Shown here piece by piece: positions 20,067 through 29,056 of a DNA stretch of 64,000 bases. Under the pieces are notes generated by a model. The model searched no databases and had not been told where the DNA came from. It worked only from the letters and a program-made list of their open reading frames with translations. Location: assembly GCA_964373715.1 (NCBI GenBank), contig CAYJVR010000001.1, forward strand, positions 269,888-333,887. Reading direction: 5' to 3'. The stretch is from an uncultured Planctomycetia bacterium (GTDB lineage: Bacteria; Omnitrophota; Gorgyraeia; 1-14-0-20-64-10). Every line of letters begins with the position of its first letter. Position 1 is the stretch's first letter. Both the position numbers and the translations under genes were made by a program.

Positions 20067-21632
20067 TCAGTGCTCCTTTTTTAAGACGGTCACCGGCGGC
20101 GCCTGCCCGTCGGTAAGAAACCGGTGATAACCCGGGTCAGGACGATTTTGCCAGGGAATATCGGGTGCGTCAAGGACAAGCTCCTTGTATCGGTGCTTGA
20201 TTTCGGCGTAGTAAGGGCTTTTAAAAAACTCGTTCGGTATCCAGTCCCTGCGCAGGATGATCCAGTCCGGGAATGTCTCATTCCGAAAGTCCCGCTCGTT
20301 GCGGACCTGTTCGACAGCCAGAGAGGTGTAGAAGATCAGCGGGTGTTCTTCATAAGGGGCTTTTATCGTCTGTCCGGCCCGGCTTTCTTTTTGAAGGAGT
20401 TCCACGATTCCGTCGATGGGGCCTCTGTAAGCATGGGTCAGCTCTCCGAGGAATTCCGCCGGGAGCGACCGTATCCGCACCTTCGGCGAAGAGAGTCTCG
20501 AGCGGATCGCTGGAATTTGTGCCCCCAAGAGGGCCAGCCCGGAGTGATGGATTGCGTCGGTGAGCAGCAGCGCGCCGGCCAGAATGATCCCCGTGGCTAT
20601 CTTTGCCCGGATCAGCCGGGCCAGCAGGGCCGCTTGGACCATGAGGAGGAGCGGAACCAGGAAAATGATGTAGCGGAAGTGCCGCTGTTCGGGTACCAGC
20701 ACCAGAAAGGCGAAACCGGCGGCGATAATCAAAGCGGTGAGCCGCCAACCTTGGCGTGTATTCCCGGAGGAATTCTCGGGAAGGGAACGAAAAGGCCCGC
20801 GCCAGGCCAATCGGAGAATAATCCAGAAAAAGATCGGCACCAGGAATTTGTTCGTCTGGCGGATGTAAAACTGGAAATGGTGGCTGATCTCTTTCCAGGA
20901 AAATCCCTTGTGGTGCTGCCCCGGATCCAGGTAAATGATCCAAGGGAGGGTGAGCGCCGCCAAAGGGATCAGGACCGCCAATCCCCTGCTCCACCGGTCC
21001 TTTTCCCTGTTTTTGGCCAGGAAATGGAGAGCGCAACCGGCCAGGAGGGGAACGAAAATTCCGTGATCGGAATGAAAAAGCAGGGTCAACGCCGCCGCAA
21101 ATTCGACGGACGAGAGGCTCTTTTTATGGAGGAAACGCCAGTAAGCGAGGATCGCCCAGAGCGTGAAGAGGGCCGCCGGCGCGTAGTACCTGCACTGCCT
21201 CATGTGGAGAAGGAACGGAACGCAGAGGACCAGGCTTAGGGTTGTCAGCCGGGCGGTCAGGGTGTCCGATGTCAGGCGTTTGCTTAACAGGTAAGCCAGC
21301 CAGATGGAGATGAGTCCCATCAGCGCGAATGGAACCCGGGCGGCCCATGTATCGGTCCCAAAAAGGGCGAAAGAGCCTGCGGCCAGATACATCGGCAGCC
21401 AGCTGTGGTAGGTCCAGGCGTAGTTTTCTTTGACCGTGAGGCTTGGGTTGAGCCGGTTGATTCCGTCGAACGCCCTGGGATAGCCGAAGGTAAGGATATT
21501 CTTCCCTAAAACGGCTGTTTCGGCTTCATCCTGCCAAAGACGCCCGTTGTCCAGCCGGGTAAAAAGAAGGACCGCCGCCGTCAGCAGAAAAAAGAGAATC
21601 CAAGGGTCAAAGGATAAGGAGCGTATTTTCAT
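20067..21632 (-). CDS. ArnT/PMT-like GT-C membrane glycosyltransferase
   Basis: 521 aa, more than 10 TM helices, and an N-terminal loop RLDNGRLWQDEAETAVLGKNIL typical of the GT39/GT83 (ArnT) family. It lies directly downstream of the ArnC-like gene. Confidence 0.7.
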   Translation of the reverse strand: MKIRSLSFDPWILFFLLTAAVLLFTRLDNGRLWQDEAETAVLGKNILTFGYPRAFDGINRLNPSLTVKENYAWTYHSWLPMYLAAGSFALFGTDTWAARVPFALMGLISIWLAYLLSKRLTSDTLTARLTTLSLVLCVPFLLHMRQCRYYAPAALFTLWAILAYWRFLHKKSLSSVEFAAALTLLFHSDHGIFVPLLAGCALHFLAKNREKDRWSRGLAVLIPLAALTLPWIIYLDPGQHHKGFSWKEISHHFQFYIRQTNKFLVPIFFWIILRLAWRGPFRSLPENSSGNTRQGWRLTALIIAAGFAFLVLVPEQRHFRYIIFLVPLLLMVQAALLARLIRAKIATGIILAGALLLTDAIHHSGLALLGAQIPAIRSRLSSPKVRIRSLPAEFLGELTHAYRGPIDGIVELLQKESRAGQTIKAPYEEHPLIFYTSLAVEQVRNERDFRNETFPDWIILRRDWIPNEFFKSPYYAEIKHRYKELVLDAPDIPWQNRPDPGYHRFLTDGQAPPVTVLKKEH

Positions 21633-21645
21633 AATCCGGAATAGG

Positions 21646-22713
21646 TTATGTTACAGCGCTGATGGCCGAAAGAACCTCTTCCGGCATGAGTTTTCTTAAA
21701 CAGGTGTTCTCCCATGGGCACGGCGGGAACCGGAATGTTTGATAGCAGGGACGGCAGGCCAGTCCTTTCGCTACGATCCGGTGGCCCGGCTTTCCTGGGA
21801 GAGGCCCGTAGACGGCGCCGTCCACAGGCCCAAAAATCGTCACTGTTTTTGTCCCCATCGAGGCGGCGAGGTGCATGAGCCCGCCATCGTTGCCTACCAC
21901 GAACGCGCATCTTTTGAGGATGCTTGCGATGGTGATCAAGGAGGGGATATCAGTGAGAGGAACCGGTTTGCTCCGCGATTGCTGCGCGACCGATTCGCAT
22001 AATTGTTGTTCCTGACGGTTGCCCAGCAGAAGGACGCGTGCGTTGTATTTCTCGCGGATTTGATCGGCGAGCTTGGCAAAATGGGGCGCGGGCCACTGTT
22101 TGTACGCGGCGTTGGGTCCCCAACTGGCTCCTCCTCCGGGGATAAGGGCGACCAGTTTCTCTTTTGAAGTGAACCCTTTTTCTCCGAGCATCCGGTCTCT
22201 TATTGTTTCGGTTCCGGAGGGAAGTTCAAAATCATGCCGGGTGGTGGAAGGCTTATGCAGGGCCATGAGCGGCAGGAGATCGAGGTAGTAGTCGTGGACC
22301 GGTTTAGCGTGGAACCCCTGGAGCGAGATCCGGTGTGTGAGAAATCGCCCCCGGTTTTTAAAATTGAAGCCGATCCTTTTCTTGATGCCGGCCAATGCGG
22401 CCGAGAAACCGATCTGCCAGCCGAGCGAGAGATCCACCAGTACGTCGATTTTCTCGCTCCGGATCTGTTCGACCGTCTTTTTGAGCTGGAGAAATCCCCC
22501 CATCTTCGAACGTTTCCACGCGGCGCGGAATTCGTCCTTTTCAAACACGGAGACATGGTCCAAGCTCTTCCATGCACGGACAAGCTCCTCTGTCCTGCGG
22601 TTACAGAGAAAGGAGAGGTAGTCTTTGGGTTTCGACTGGCGCAGAGCGTAAACGAGGGGGAGGCTGAAAAGAATGTCCCCTATCCCGAAAGGGTTGACGA
22701 TCAGTATTCTCAC
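21646..22713 (-). CDS. LPS heptosyltransferase (GT9, RfaF/WaaC/WaaQ family)
   Basis: MRILIVNPFGIGD N-terminus and NDGGLMHLAASMG C-terminal motif. Confidence 0.8.
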   Translation of the reverse strand: MRILIVNPFGIGDILFSLPLVYALRQSKPKDYLSFLCNRRTEELVRAWKSLDHVSVFEKDEFRAAWKRSKMGGFLQLKKTVEQIRSEKIDVLVDLSLGWQIGFSAALAGIKKRIGFNFKNRGRFLTHRISLQGFHAKPVHDYYLDLLPLMALHKPSTTRHDFELPSGTETIRDRMLGEKGFTSKEKLVALIPGGGASWGPNAAYKQWPAPHFAKLADQIREKYNARVLLLGNRQEQQLCESVAQQSRSKPVPLTDIPSLITIASILKRCAFVVGNDGGLMHLAASMGTKTVTIFGPVDGAVYGPLPGKPGHRIVAKGLACRPCYQTFRFPPCPWENTCLRKLMPEEVLSAISAVT

Positions 22714-23759
22714 AGGGCGGGTTCCGTTCTCTCAAGCAGCCGTTCTTCTGCCGCGGTTTCAACTTCCTGTACGGACGGGGAGAGAAGGATGCGGTTTTGG
22801 TGTCCCCACGGTTTCCAGCGGTTGAGCAGAGGCCCGTGGTTCCGCGGCGCAACAACAATCGTGTAAGTGCCGACGGCTGCTGCGACATGGGTCGGCCCGC
22901 TGTCGTTTGAAATAAGCAGGCGGCAGCGTCTTAAGAGGCCGGGGAGGGCGCCCAGCGGTACTCGGTCCACGAGGTCCGTCAATCCTGAAGGGACGGCTTT
23001 TTTCCACGATGCCGCCTGCTCCGCTGTTTGAGCTGCGCCGATAATTAATACCGGGTGCCCTTTTTTGGATAGCCGCCCTCCCAGCTCAAGGAACGATTCC
23101 AGGGGCCAGTTTTTCACCGGGTTGCTGGTCCAGGGGTGGATCGCAATCGGGCGGACCGAATGGGAGATGCCGTGTGAAAGGAGGATCCGGTCCGCGGTCT
23201 CTTCCCAGGCGGTTTGCGGCGGAAGTTCAATGACGGCCGGGCCTGGTTTTGTTTCAAGCAGGCGCGCTAGTTCGAGGTTATACTCCACCTCGTGGAGGGT
23301 GCGCCGGTTTTTGGAATCCTCGATGGAGCGATTTAAAAGGAATCCCCATTTTCTTCTATACCCCACCCGGATTGGAATACGTGCGAGGAACGAAGCGGTG
23401 TGAAAAAACCGGCTGGGGTTGAACACGACCGCCGCGTCGAACCGCTCAGCGCGCAGCGTCCTGCCCCACCGGAAAGAGCTTTTCCAGCCGCTGCCTTCAG
23501 CCGGATCCCACTCGATGATCCTGTCCAGATCCGGATGCCCTTCGAGCAGAGGTTCTTGGCCTTTCTGAAGAAGGAGGGTGATTTCCGACTCCCGGTAGGT
23601 TTCCCTGATCGCGCGAATCGCCGGCAGGCACATCAGGAGATCCCCGATGCGGTCTGTCCGTATCAAAAGGATGCGCCTGAGGGGACGGCTCAGGTTATTC
23701 CTCCGGCCGGCTTTTTCAAAAGGAATTGGCTTGAACCGAAAATAATTCCGGCCAGGCAC
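22710..23759 (-). CDS. LPS heptosyltransferase (GT9), second copy
   Basis: ILLIRTDRIGD and SNDSGPTHVAAAVG motifs. The true start may lie downstream of the tool start, because the ORF overlaps the ligase gene by 70 nt. Confidence 0.75.
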   Translation of the reverse strand: MPGRNYFRFKPIPFEKAGRRNNLSRPLRRILLIRTDRIGDLLMCLPAIRAIRETYRESEITLLLQKGQEPLLEGHPDLDRIIEWDPAEGSGWKSSFRWGRTLRAERFDAAVVFNPSRFFHTASFLARIPIRVGYRRKWGFLLNRSIEDSKNRRTLHEVEYNLELARLLETKPGPAVIELPPQTAWEETADRILLSHGISHSVRPIAIHPWTSNPVKNWPLESFLELGGRLSKKGHPVLIIGAAQTAEQAASWKKAVPSGLTDLVDRVPLGALPGLLRRCRLLISNDSGPTHVAAAVGTYTIVVAPRNHGPLLNRWKPWGHQNRILLSPSVQEVETAAEERLLERTEPAL

Positions 23760-24949
23760 CAGAAAAGAACCGCCTGCCGAAGCGAGTAAAGGTTCGTGTC
23801 GAACGCCGATTGCACCAGGAAGGCGAGCAGGCCTGAGAGCAGCCCCATCAAAGGCAGACCTGTTTCCGTATCAAGGAGGTGTTTGCGCAGGCTTTTTAAA
23901 CACTCGCGGAAAAGCCGCACGAGAAAAAGGAGAAAGCAGAAAAGAGAAATGACCCCTGTCTCCGCAGCGATCTGGAAGAAGCAGTTATGCGCATAGGCCG
24001 GGCCTTGGTTCGGGCCGGAGACGTAAGACATGTAATTGGCCATAAAGGTGTTCAGGCCGTGCCCCGTGATCGGCCGGGCTTTGATCATTTCCAACGCAGC
24101 GGCCCACATAATGATCCTCTCCTGCGACCCGGGGTCCGCAAAACCGATGGTTTTCAGAAGATTTTTCTGTTTGAAAACGACGAACACAAAGAGGCTGACA
24201 ACCAGCGATGTCCCCGCGATGAGCCACATCCGTTTGTTCTTGAAGTTAAGCAGGAGCAGGAACAGAATGCCTGAAGCCAGCCCCAGCATCGCCCCCTTTG
24301 ATTCCGTCCAGGAAATCGAGCCGATAAGCATCAGCCAGAGGGGCCACCCCGCCGCTTGCCGCCGAAGAGGCTGATGCATGAGAGAAGGAATGATCGCTAA
24401 GGAAACGACCATAAGAAATGTAGCCATATCAATGGGGTTGGAATAAGGCCCAACCATCCGCTCATAAATGAGTGGTTTTCCTCTGATGGGGTCCAGAGGG
24501 ACGCCGGGCCCTGAAAAATGGAGGATCGCCCATTCCTGAATCAATCCGTGCGCCACCACGAACAGGCTGGCGACCAGCAGCAGCTGGACGACCCGTTTTG
24601 CCGTTTCCGGGTGGTTTGACACGTCGGCGAGGATCAGGAAGAAGAGGATGTACTCGAATGTTTTGTAGATGAGGCCTTCCAAGCTGGTGAGAGGGTAGTT
24701 GCTGAATGAGACGGACCAGGCGCAGATCGCGGCGAAAGCGAGCAGTGGCCTCAGGATGGGTTGCCCTTCATTGGTTGCCCAAACCGATCGGGAATTGCCT
24801 TTCCACGCCTGCCAGCCTGCGAGCCAGGCAATCAGTGAAATGGGAAAAGCGATTTCGATTGCCGCTATTGAAAAAGGAATAGCGAAACAGAGGATGTAGA
24901 GCATCCCCCGCCCGATCTTTTCCATCAGAATTGTCCGGCTGTTTTTCAT
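23690..24949 (-). CDS. O-antigen ligase/polymerase family membrane protein (Wzy_C-type)
   Basis: 419 aa, about 11 TM helices, and a periplasmic loop with …RPITGHGLNTF…. Confidence 0.7.
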   Translation of the reverse strand: MKNSRTILMEKIGRGMLYILCFAIPFSIAAIEIAFPISLIAWLAGWQAWKGNSRSVWATNEGQPILRPLLAFAAICAWSVSFSNYPLTSLEGLIYKTFEYILFFLILADVSNHPETAKRVVQLLLVASLFVVAHGLIQEWAILHFSGPGVPLDPIRGKPLIYERMVGPYSNPIDMATFLMVVSLAIIPSLMHQPLRRQAAGWPLWLMLIGSISWTESKGAMLGLASGILFLLLLNFKNKRMWLIAGTSLVVSLFVFVVFKQKNLLKTIGFADPGSQERIIMWAAALEMIKARPITGHGLNTFMANYMSYVSGPNQGPAYAHNCFFQIAAETGVISLFCFLLFLVRLFRECLKSLRKHLLDTETGLPLMGLLSGLLAFLVQSAFDTNLYSLRQAVLFWCLAGIIFGSSQFLLKKPAGGIT

Positions 24950-26757
24950 GCCTCCGGGGCCGTGATCCCTTCCCCGGTTGGGATGGAGGTGGCCACCTGC
25001 CAGGTGATGCCGTTTTCTTCGCAGTAGGCTTGTATCTGTTGCAGGAGGTTTGCCGGCGGGCGCGGGATGGCAATAAGGATTTCCCGGATTCCGAATTCCT
25101 GCACGACCCTTCCGAGCTCTTCCCTGGATCCGAAGATCGGGATGCCGTGGATCCGTCTGCCGTGCATCGCCCTGTCGTCATCGAGGAAACCGACAATGCG
25201 TCTTTTTCCCTGCGCCGTCTGTTTGAGTTGGCGCAGCAGCATCTCCCCGGTGTCCCCGGCGCCTACGATAAGAACCGGCACGGCGGTCCGGATGGAGGCG
25301 TTAATCCACTCGTCGAGCAGGCGTTCGGCGACCCTCGCCCCGCTGATCGTCACGAACAGGAGCAGGCTGTCAATCACAAAGACCGCCCTTGAATAACCCT
25401 CGAACCGCCACAGAAACAAGATGGAGAGGGCGGAAAAGACCGATCCAAGTGTGACGGCCCGGAAAGTGTTGACCAGGTCCGGCAGGCTTGTGTATCTCCA
25501 AAGGCCCTTGTAGAGCCCGCAGACGAAAAAGCAAAGCATCTTGATCAGGATGATCAGAGGCAGGGATTTAAGAATCAGCCCGACCAAGTCCGGCGTCAGG
25601 TTGGCCTCGAACCGGAGCGCGTGGGCCATGACGTAAGAGGCGCAGATCAGCAGAAAGTCGATGATCACCTCGGCGATCCGGCGCTTATGCATCAGCATGG
25701 TGTCAATGAAGGTGATTTTTGGTTCGGTTTCCAGCGTTTTAGCCCCGGTGTAGACACGGACCCTGCTGAGATAGACCCCGCCGACCAGCAGCAGGCCGGC
25801 GGATAGAAGCCAAACGCCGGCTATAGCTAAGGCGTTCTGGTTTGCCAGGACAACGCTTAAGAGGCCGAACGCGGCGCTGATCCCGTAAAGAGTGAAGACC
25901 ACTTGACGGGTTGTCAGCCCCAATATCCCCAGCCTGTGGGAGAGGTGGTCCGTCCCTCCCTGAAACGGGTGTCTCCCGTGTATGACGCGGGAGATCGTGA
26001 CAAAAATGGTGTCGAAAATGGGGACGGCTAGAAGCAGTGTGGGCAGCCCTAGTATGCTCAATAAATGGGTGGATGGGTGTGTGCTCCCCATCAGCGTGAG
26101 TGCTCCGAGACCAAGCCCGAGGACCTGGCTCCCGGAGTCTCCCATGAAGATCTTTGCCGGAGGGAGGTTATACCGCAGAAACCCAAGCGTTGCTCCTGCC
26201 AGGCTGGCTGACAGCAGAGCGGTGGACCATACCCCGGCCTGTACCGCGTGCCACGTGCAAAAGAAGGCTGCGATGACGCCGATTCCGCCGGCCAACCCGT
26301 CCATATTGTCCATCAGGTTGAACGCGTTCATGATGAGGACAAGCCACCCGATAGTGATCGGGGTGGAGAGCCAAGGGAAAGTTTCAATCGGGAATTGGAT
26401 GCCGGAGAGCATGACGAGGCACCCGGCGATGATTTGGAGGACCAGCTTTGTAAACGGTTCGAGGCGTTTGACGTCGTCCCACGCGCCGGTGGCCAGCATG
26501 AGTGTTGTGGCGATAAAGAGGCCGATGAACCGGGCGTCCTGATGGATAAGGGATGCCATTGTCGCGAGAAAGCCGGCGGCGATTGCCAGCCCCCCCAAGC
26601 GGCCGATGGCCCTCCTGCCCCACCGGTCATTGGCCGGTTTCGAAACAGAGCCGATGTTTACAGCGAATTTCCGGATTTGCGGGGTCAGCAGCAGGGACAC
26701 GAACCATGCGCCCAGACCAACGAGCAGAACTTGTTCGAGCGGAGATCTATTGAACAT
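24946..26757 (-). CDS. WecA/MraY-family polyprenyl-phosphate N-acetylhexosamine-1-P transferase (GT4) fused to a C-terminal PglF/WbaP-type Rossmann (CoA-binding-like) domain
   Basis: GT4 motifs GAWDDVKRL, NAFNLMDNMDGLAGG and FMGDSGSQVLG. Extra TM helices follow, then VLIVGAGDTGEMLLRQL…RIVGFLDDD…GIPIFG. Confidence 0.75.
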   Translation of the reverse strand: MFNRSPLEQVLLVGLGAWFVSLLLTPQIRKFAVNIGSVSKPANDRWGRRAIGRLGGLAIAAGFLATMASLIHQDARFIGLFIATTLMLATGAWDDVKRLEPFTKLVLQIIAGCLVMLSGIQFPIETFPWLSTPITIGWLVLIMNAFNLMDNMDGLAGGIGVIAAFFCTWHAVQAGVWSTALLSASLAGATLGFLRYNLPPAKIFMGDSGSQVLGLGLGALTLMGSTHPSTHLLSILGLPTLLLAVPIFDTIFVTISRVIHGRHPFQGGTDHLSHRLGILGLTTRQVVFTLYGISAAFGLLSVVLANQNALAIAGVWLLSAGLLLVGGVYLSRVRVYTGAKTLETEPKITFIDTMLMHKRRIAEVIIDFLLICASYVMAHALRFEANLTPDLVGLILKSLPLIILIKMLCFFVCGLYKGLWRYTSLPDLVNTFRAVTLGSVFSALSILFLWRFEGYSRAVFVIDSLLLFVTISGARVAERLLDEWINASIRTAVPVLIVGAGDTGEMLLRQLKQTAQGKRRIVGFLDDDRAMHGRRIHGIPIFGSREELGRVVQEFGIREILIAIPRPPANLLQQIQAYCEENGITWQVATSIPTGEGITAPEA

Positions 26758-26789
26758 CGAGTTGGTTATAACCGGGGATAGCTGCTTTT

Positions 26790-27776
26790 CTAAGAGTTGC
26801 TCGCAACCAGTTTCGGTTCCTTGCGGTAGTATCCGATAACGCTCTCGAGTATCTTTTTCAACCCCATAGTCGGGGTGAAGCCGGCGTAACGGCGGGCCTT
26901 GCTGATGTCAGGCACGCGGCGGAACATGTCTTCGAAGCCCTCTTCGTAAGCCTCGTTGTATGGGACAAACCGGATTTCAGACCTGCTGCCTGTGAGATCG
27001 ATAACCATCTGTGCTAACTGAAGGATAGTGACTTCCTCCTGGCTGCCGAGATTAAAGGCCTCTCCGGCCGATTCAGGAAGCAGCATAAGCCGGGTCATCG
27101 CCCCGACGGCGTCACCGACATGGAGGAAACACCGGGACTGTTTCCCGTTGCCGTAAACGGTGATCATTTCCCCCTTCAGCGCCTGTTGGACAAACCGGGG
27201 GATGACCATCCCGTAGTGGCCGGTTTGCCGCGGTCCCACCGTGTTGAAAAGTCGGACGATAAAGGTGGGAAGCCCCTTCTCTTTCCAGTAGTTGTACGCG
27301 AGGATTTCGTCCACCGCTTTCGAGGTGGAATAGGACCACCGGCTCTTTAATGGGGAGCCCAGTATCCGGTCTTCATCTTCCTTGAGGGAGGAATTGGTAT
27401 TCTTCCCGTAGATTTCGGAGGTGGAGGTGATCATCACCTTCCGTTGGTACCGGTTGGCCATCTCGAGCACGACTTCCGATCCGCGAATGTTAGTCCAAAG
27501 GGACTCCAGCGGTTTTTTAACGATTAGTTCGACTCCGACGGCCGCTGCCAAGTGGAAGATCGCGTCGCACCGCTCGGCGTATTTGTCAACAAGCCGTTCG
27601 TCCAATATTGAGCCGACCACCAACTGGAATTGCGGGCTGTTTCTTAAATGGGCGATGTTGTCCGTCCGTCCGGTGGACAGATTATCTAAGGCGACAATTT
27701 CATGCCCTTCCGAGATAAGGAGATCCGAAAGGTGGGACCCGATAAACCCCGCTCCGCCGGTAATGAGAAATTTCAC
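26790..27776 (-). CDS. NAD-dependent UDP-glucuronate decarboxylase-like extended SDR (UXS/ArnA C-domain type)
   Basis: [20 protein letters not shown] and YSTSK, with a GTG start preceded by an AGGGG SD. It lies in the same locus as ArnB/ArnC/ArnT-like genes. Confidence 0.65.
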   Translation of the reverse strand: MKFLITGGAGFIGSHLSDLLISEGHEIVALDNLSTGRTDNIAHLRNSPQFQLVVGSILDERLVDKYAERCDAIFHLAAAVGVELIVKKPLESLWTNIRGSEVVLEMANRYQRKVMITSTSEIYGKNTNSSLKEDEDRILGSPLKSRWSYSTSKAVDEILAYNYWKEKGLPTFIVRLFNTVGPRQTGHYGMVIPRFVQQALKGEMITVYGNGKQSRCFLHVGDAVGAMTRLMLLPESAGEAFNLGSQEEVTILQLAQMVIDLTGSRSEIRFVPYNEAYEEGFEDMFRRVPDISKARRYAGFTPTMGLKKILESVIGYYRKEPKLVASNS

Positions 27777-27853
27777 GTTTTTGCCCCTGGTGTCCGCCTC
27801 TAGTAAAAAATATTCGCGTAACAGAATTTCCAGAGGTTATCTTAGCACGGTTT
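27777..27853 (-). promoter_or_regulatory. 77-bp AT-rich intergenic region, candidate internal promoter
   Basis: One of only three non-coding gaps over 70 bp in the glycan locus; contains runs of A/T (tagtaaaaaatattcgcg). Confidence 0.25.
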
Positions 27854-29056
27854 TTAGCTTGAAACCAGGCTTTCATAAAGCCGGAGGATGTCCCGGATAA
27901 GCCTGTCGGCGCCGTATTTTTCCCGCACGTAAAGACGGCCCCGGCGGCCCATTTCCTGGCGCAAGGAGGCCTCTTTGAGCAGGAATTCCAGGCCTTGTGC
28001 CAACCCTTTGTGGTCTCCTGAGCGGACCAAGAGGCCATGCTCGCAGATGGAAAAGGCCCTCCCTTCCGAGGGGGACGGATCCTTGCCTCCCCTGTTCAAA
28101 ATATCCCTGACTCCGCCGACATCGGTGGAGATCACCGGCTTGGAGGCGGCAAGCGCTTCAATGAGAGAGACGGGGGTCCCTTCGTTGCGGGAGGTCAGGC
28201 AGACGACGTCCATCGATTGGTAGACGGAGGCCAGATCTTGCCGCCAGCCGAGGAATTGGACGCGGCCGGACAGGCCCAAACGCCGGCTTTCCTCTTCAAG
28301 GCTGGGGCGCAGCTCCCCGTCGCCGACGATCACGGTCTCAATCTCGGGCAGCGAAGTTGTGTCAGACAGCTCCCTGACCGCTTTGAGGAAAATGCCCGGT
28401 TCTTTGATCGGGACCAGCCGTCCGACAAAACCGATCCGCAGCGGTTTTCCCGGCAACGAGTGTCCGTTGCTGAGCTCAAAAAGGTTTTCCAGGTTAAGCC
28501 CGAGTGGGATCACCTCGATTTTTTCAGGAGCGGCGGCGCCCAGCCGCAGAAGGTCCTCTTTCACCGCTGTGCTCACGGCGATGAGCTTGTCGGTCCTTTT
28601 TGCCAGGAAGCGTTCGATGCCGAGAAAGAGGCGGTTTGCCCATGGCAGGAAATAGCCCTCCAGCGCATGGCCGTGGAATGTGTGCGCGATTTTCAGCGGG
28701 CGCCTTGTCGTGAGCCTGTAAAGGATCCCGGCCGCGCGGCCCAGCGTGCCGGCTTTTGCGGTGTGGGTGTGGAGTATATCCGGGCGCTCCTGCCGGAGAA
28801 TCCGGAATATTTTCAGGAAGGCGGCGAGGTCTTTAAGCGGGCTGAGGGAACGCTGCAGTTGGGAGATGCGGACCATCCGGCAGGGGTATTTCTCGAGCAG
28901 ATAGCCGGCATCGGCTTCGGAGGCAGACACCCGGCCTGTCACTAAAATTGTTTCCCACCGGGCGTTGTTGAGCGCGTTGGAGAGGATGGCGACGTGGTGC
29001 GCCGGCCCTCCCACGTTCATTCGGGCGATCACGCGGACGATCTTAAGTTTTTGCAT
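27854..29056 (-). CDS. glycosyltransferase family 4 (GT-B fold)
   Basis: C-terminal VGDGELR…FLGWRQD…[27 protein letters not shown], a GT4 signature. Confidence 0.75.
   Translation of the reverse strand: MQKLKIVRVIARMNVGGPAHHVAILSNALNNARWETILVTGRVSASEADAGYLLEKYPCRMVRISQLQRSLSPLKDLAAFLKIFRILRQERPDILHTHTAKAGTLGRAAGILYRLTTRRPLKIAHTFHGHALEGYFLPWANRLFLGIERFLAKRTDKLIAVSTAVKEDLLRLGAAAPEKIEVIPLGLNLENLFELSNGHSLPGKPLRIGFVGRLVPIKEPGIFLKAVRELSDTTSLPEIETVIVGDGELRPSLEEESRRLGLSGRVQFLGWRQDLASVYQSMDVVCLTSRNEGTPVSLIEALAASKPVISTDVGGVRDILNRGGKDPSPSEGRAFSICEHGLLVRSGDHKGLAQGLEFLLKEASLRQEMGRRGRLYVREKYGADRLIRDILRLYESLVSS

Noticed and set aside
20124-21239. 371-aa plus-strand ORF, with similar long plus-strand ORFs at 40362..41570, 62678..63427, 61626..62651 and 4320..5153
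   Set aside because: They lie exactly antisense to well-supported minus-strand genes and have Arg/Gly/Pro/Glu-rich low-complexity translations with no family motifs. These are the typical shadow ORFs of high-GC DNA.
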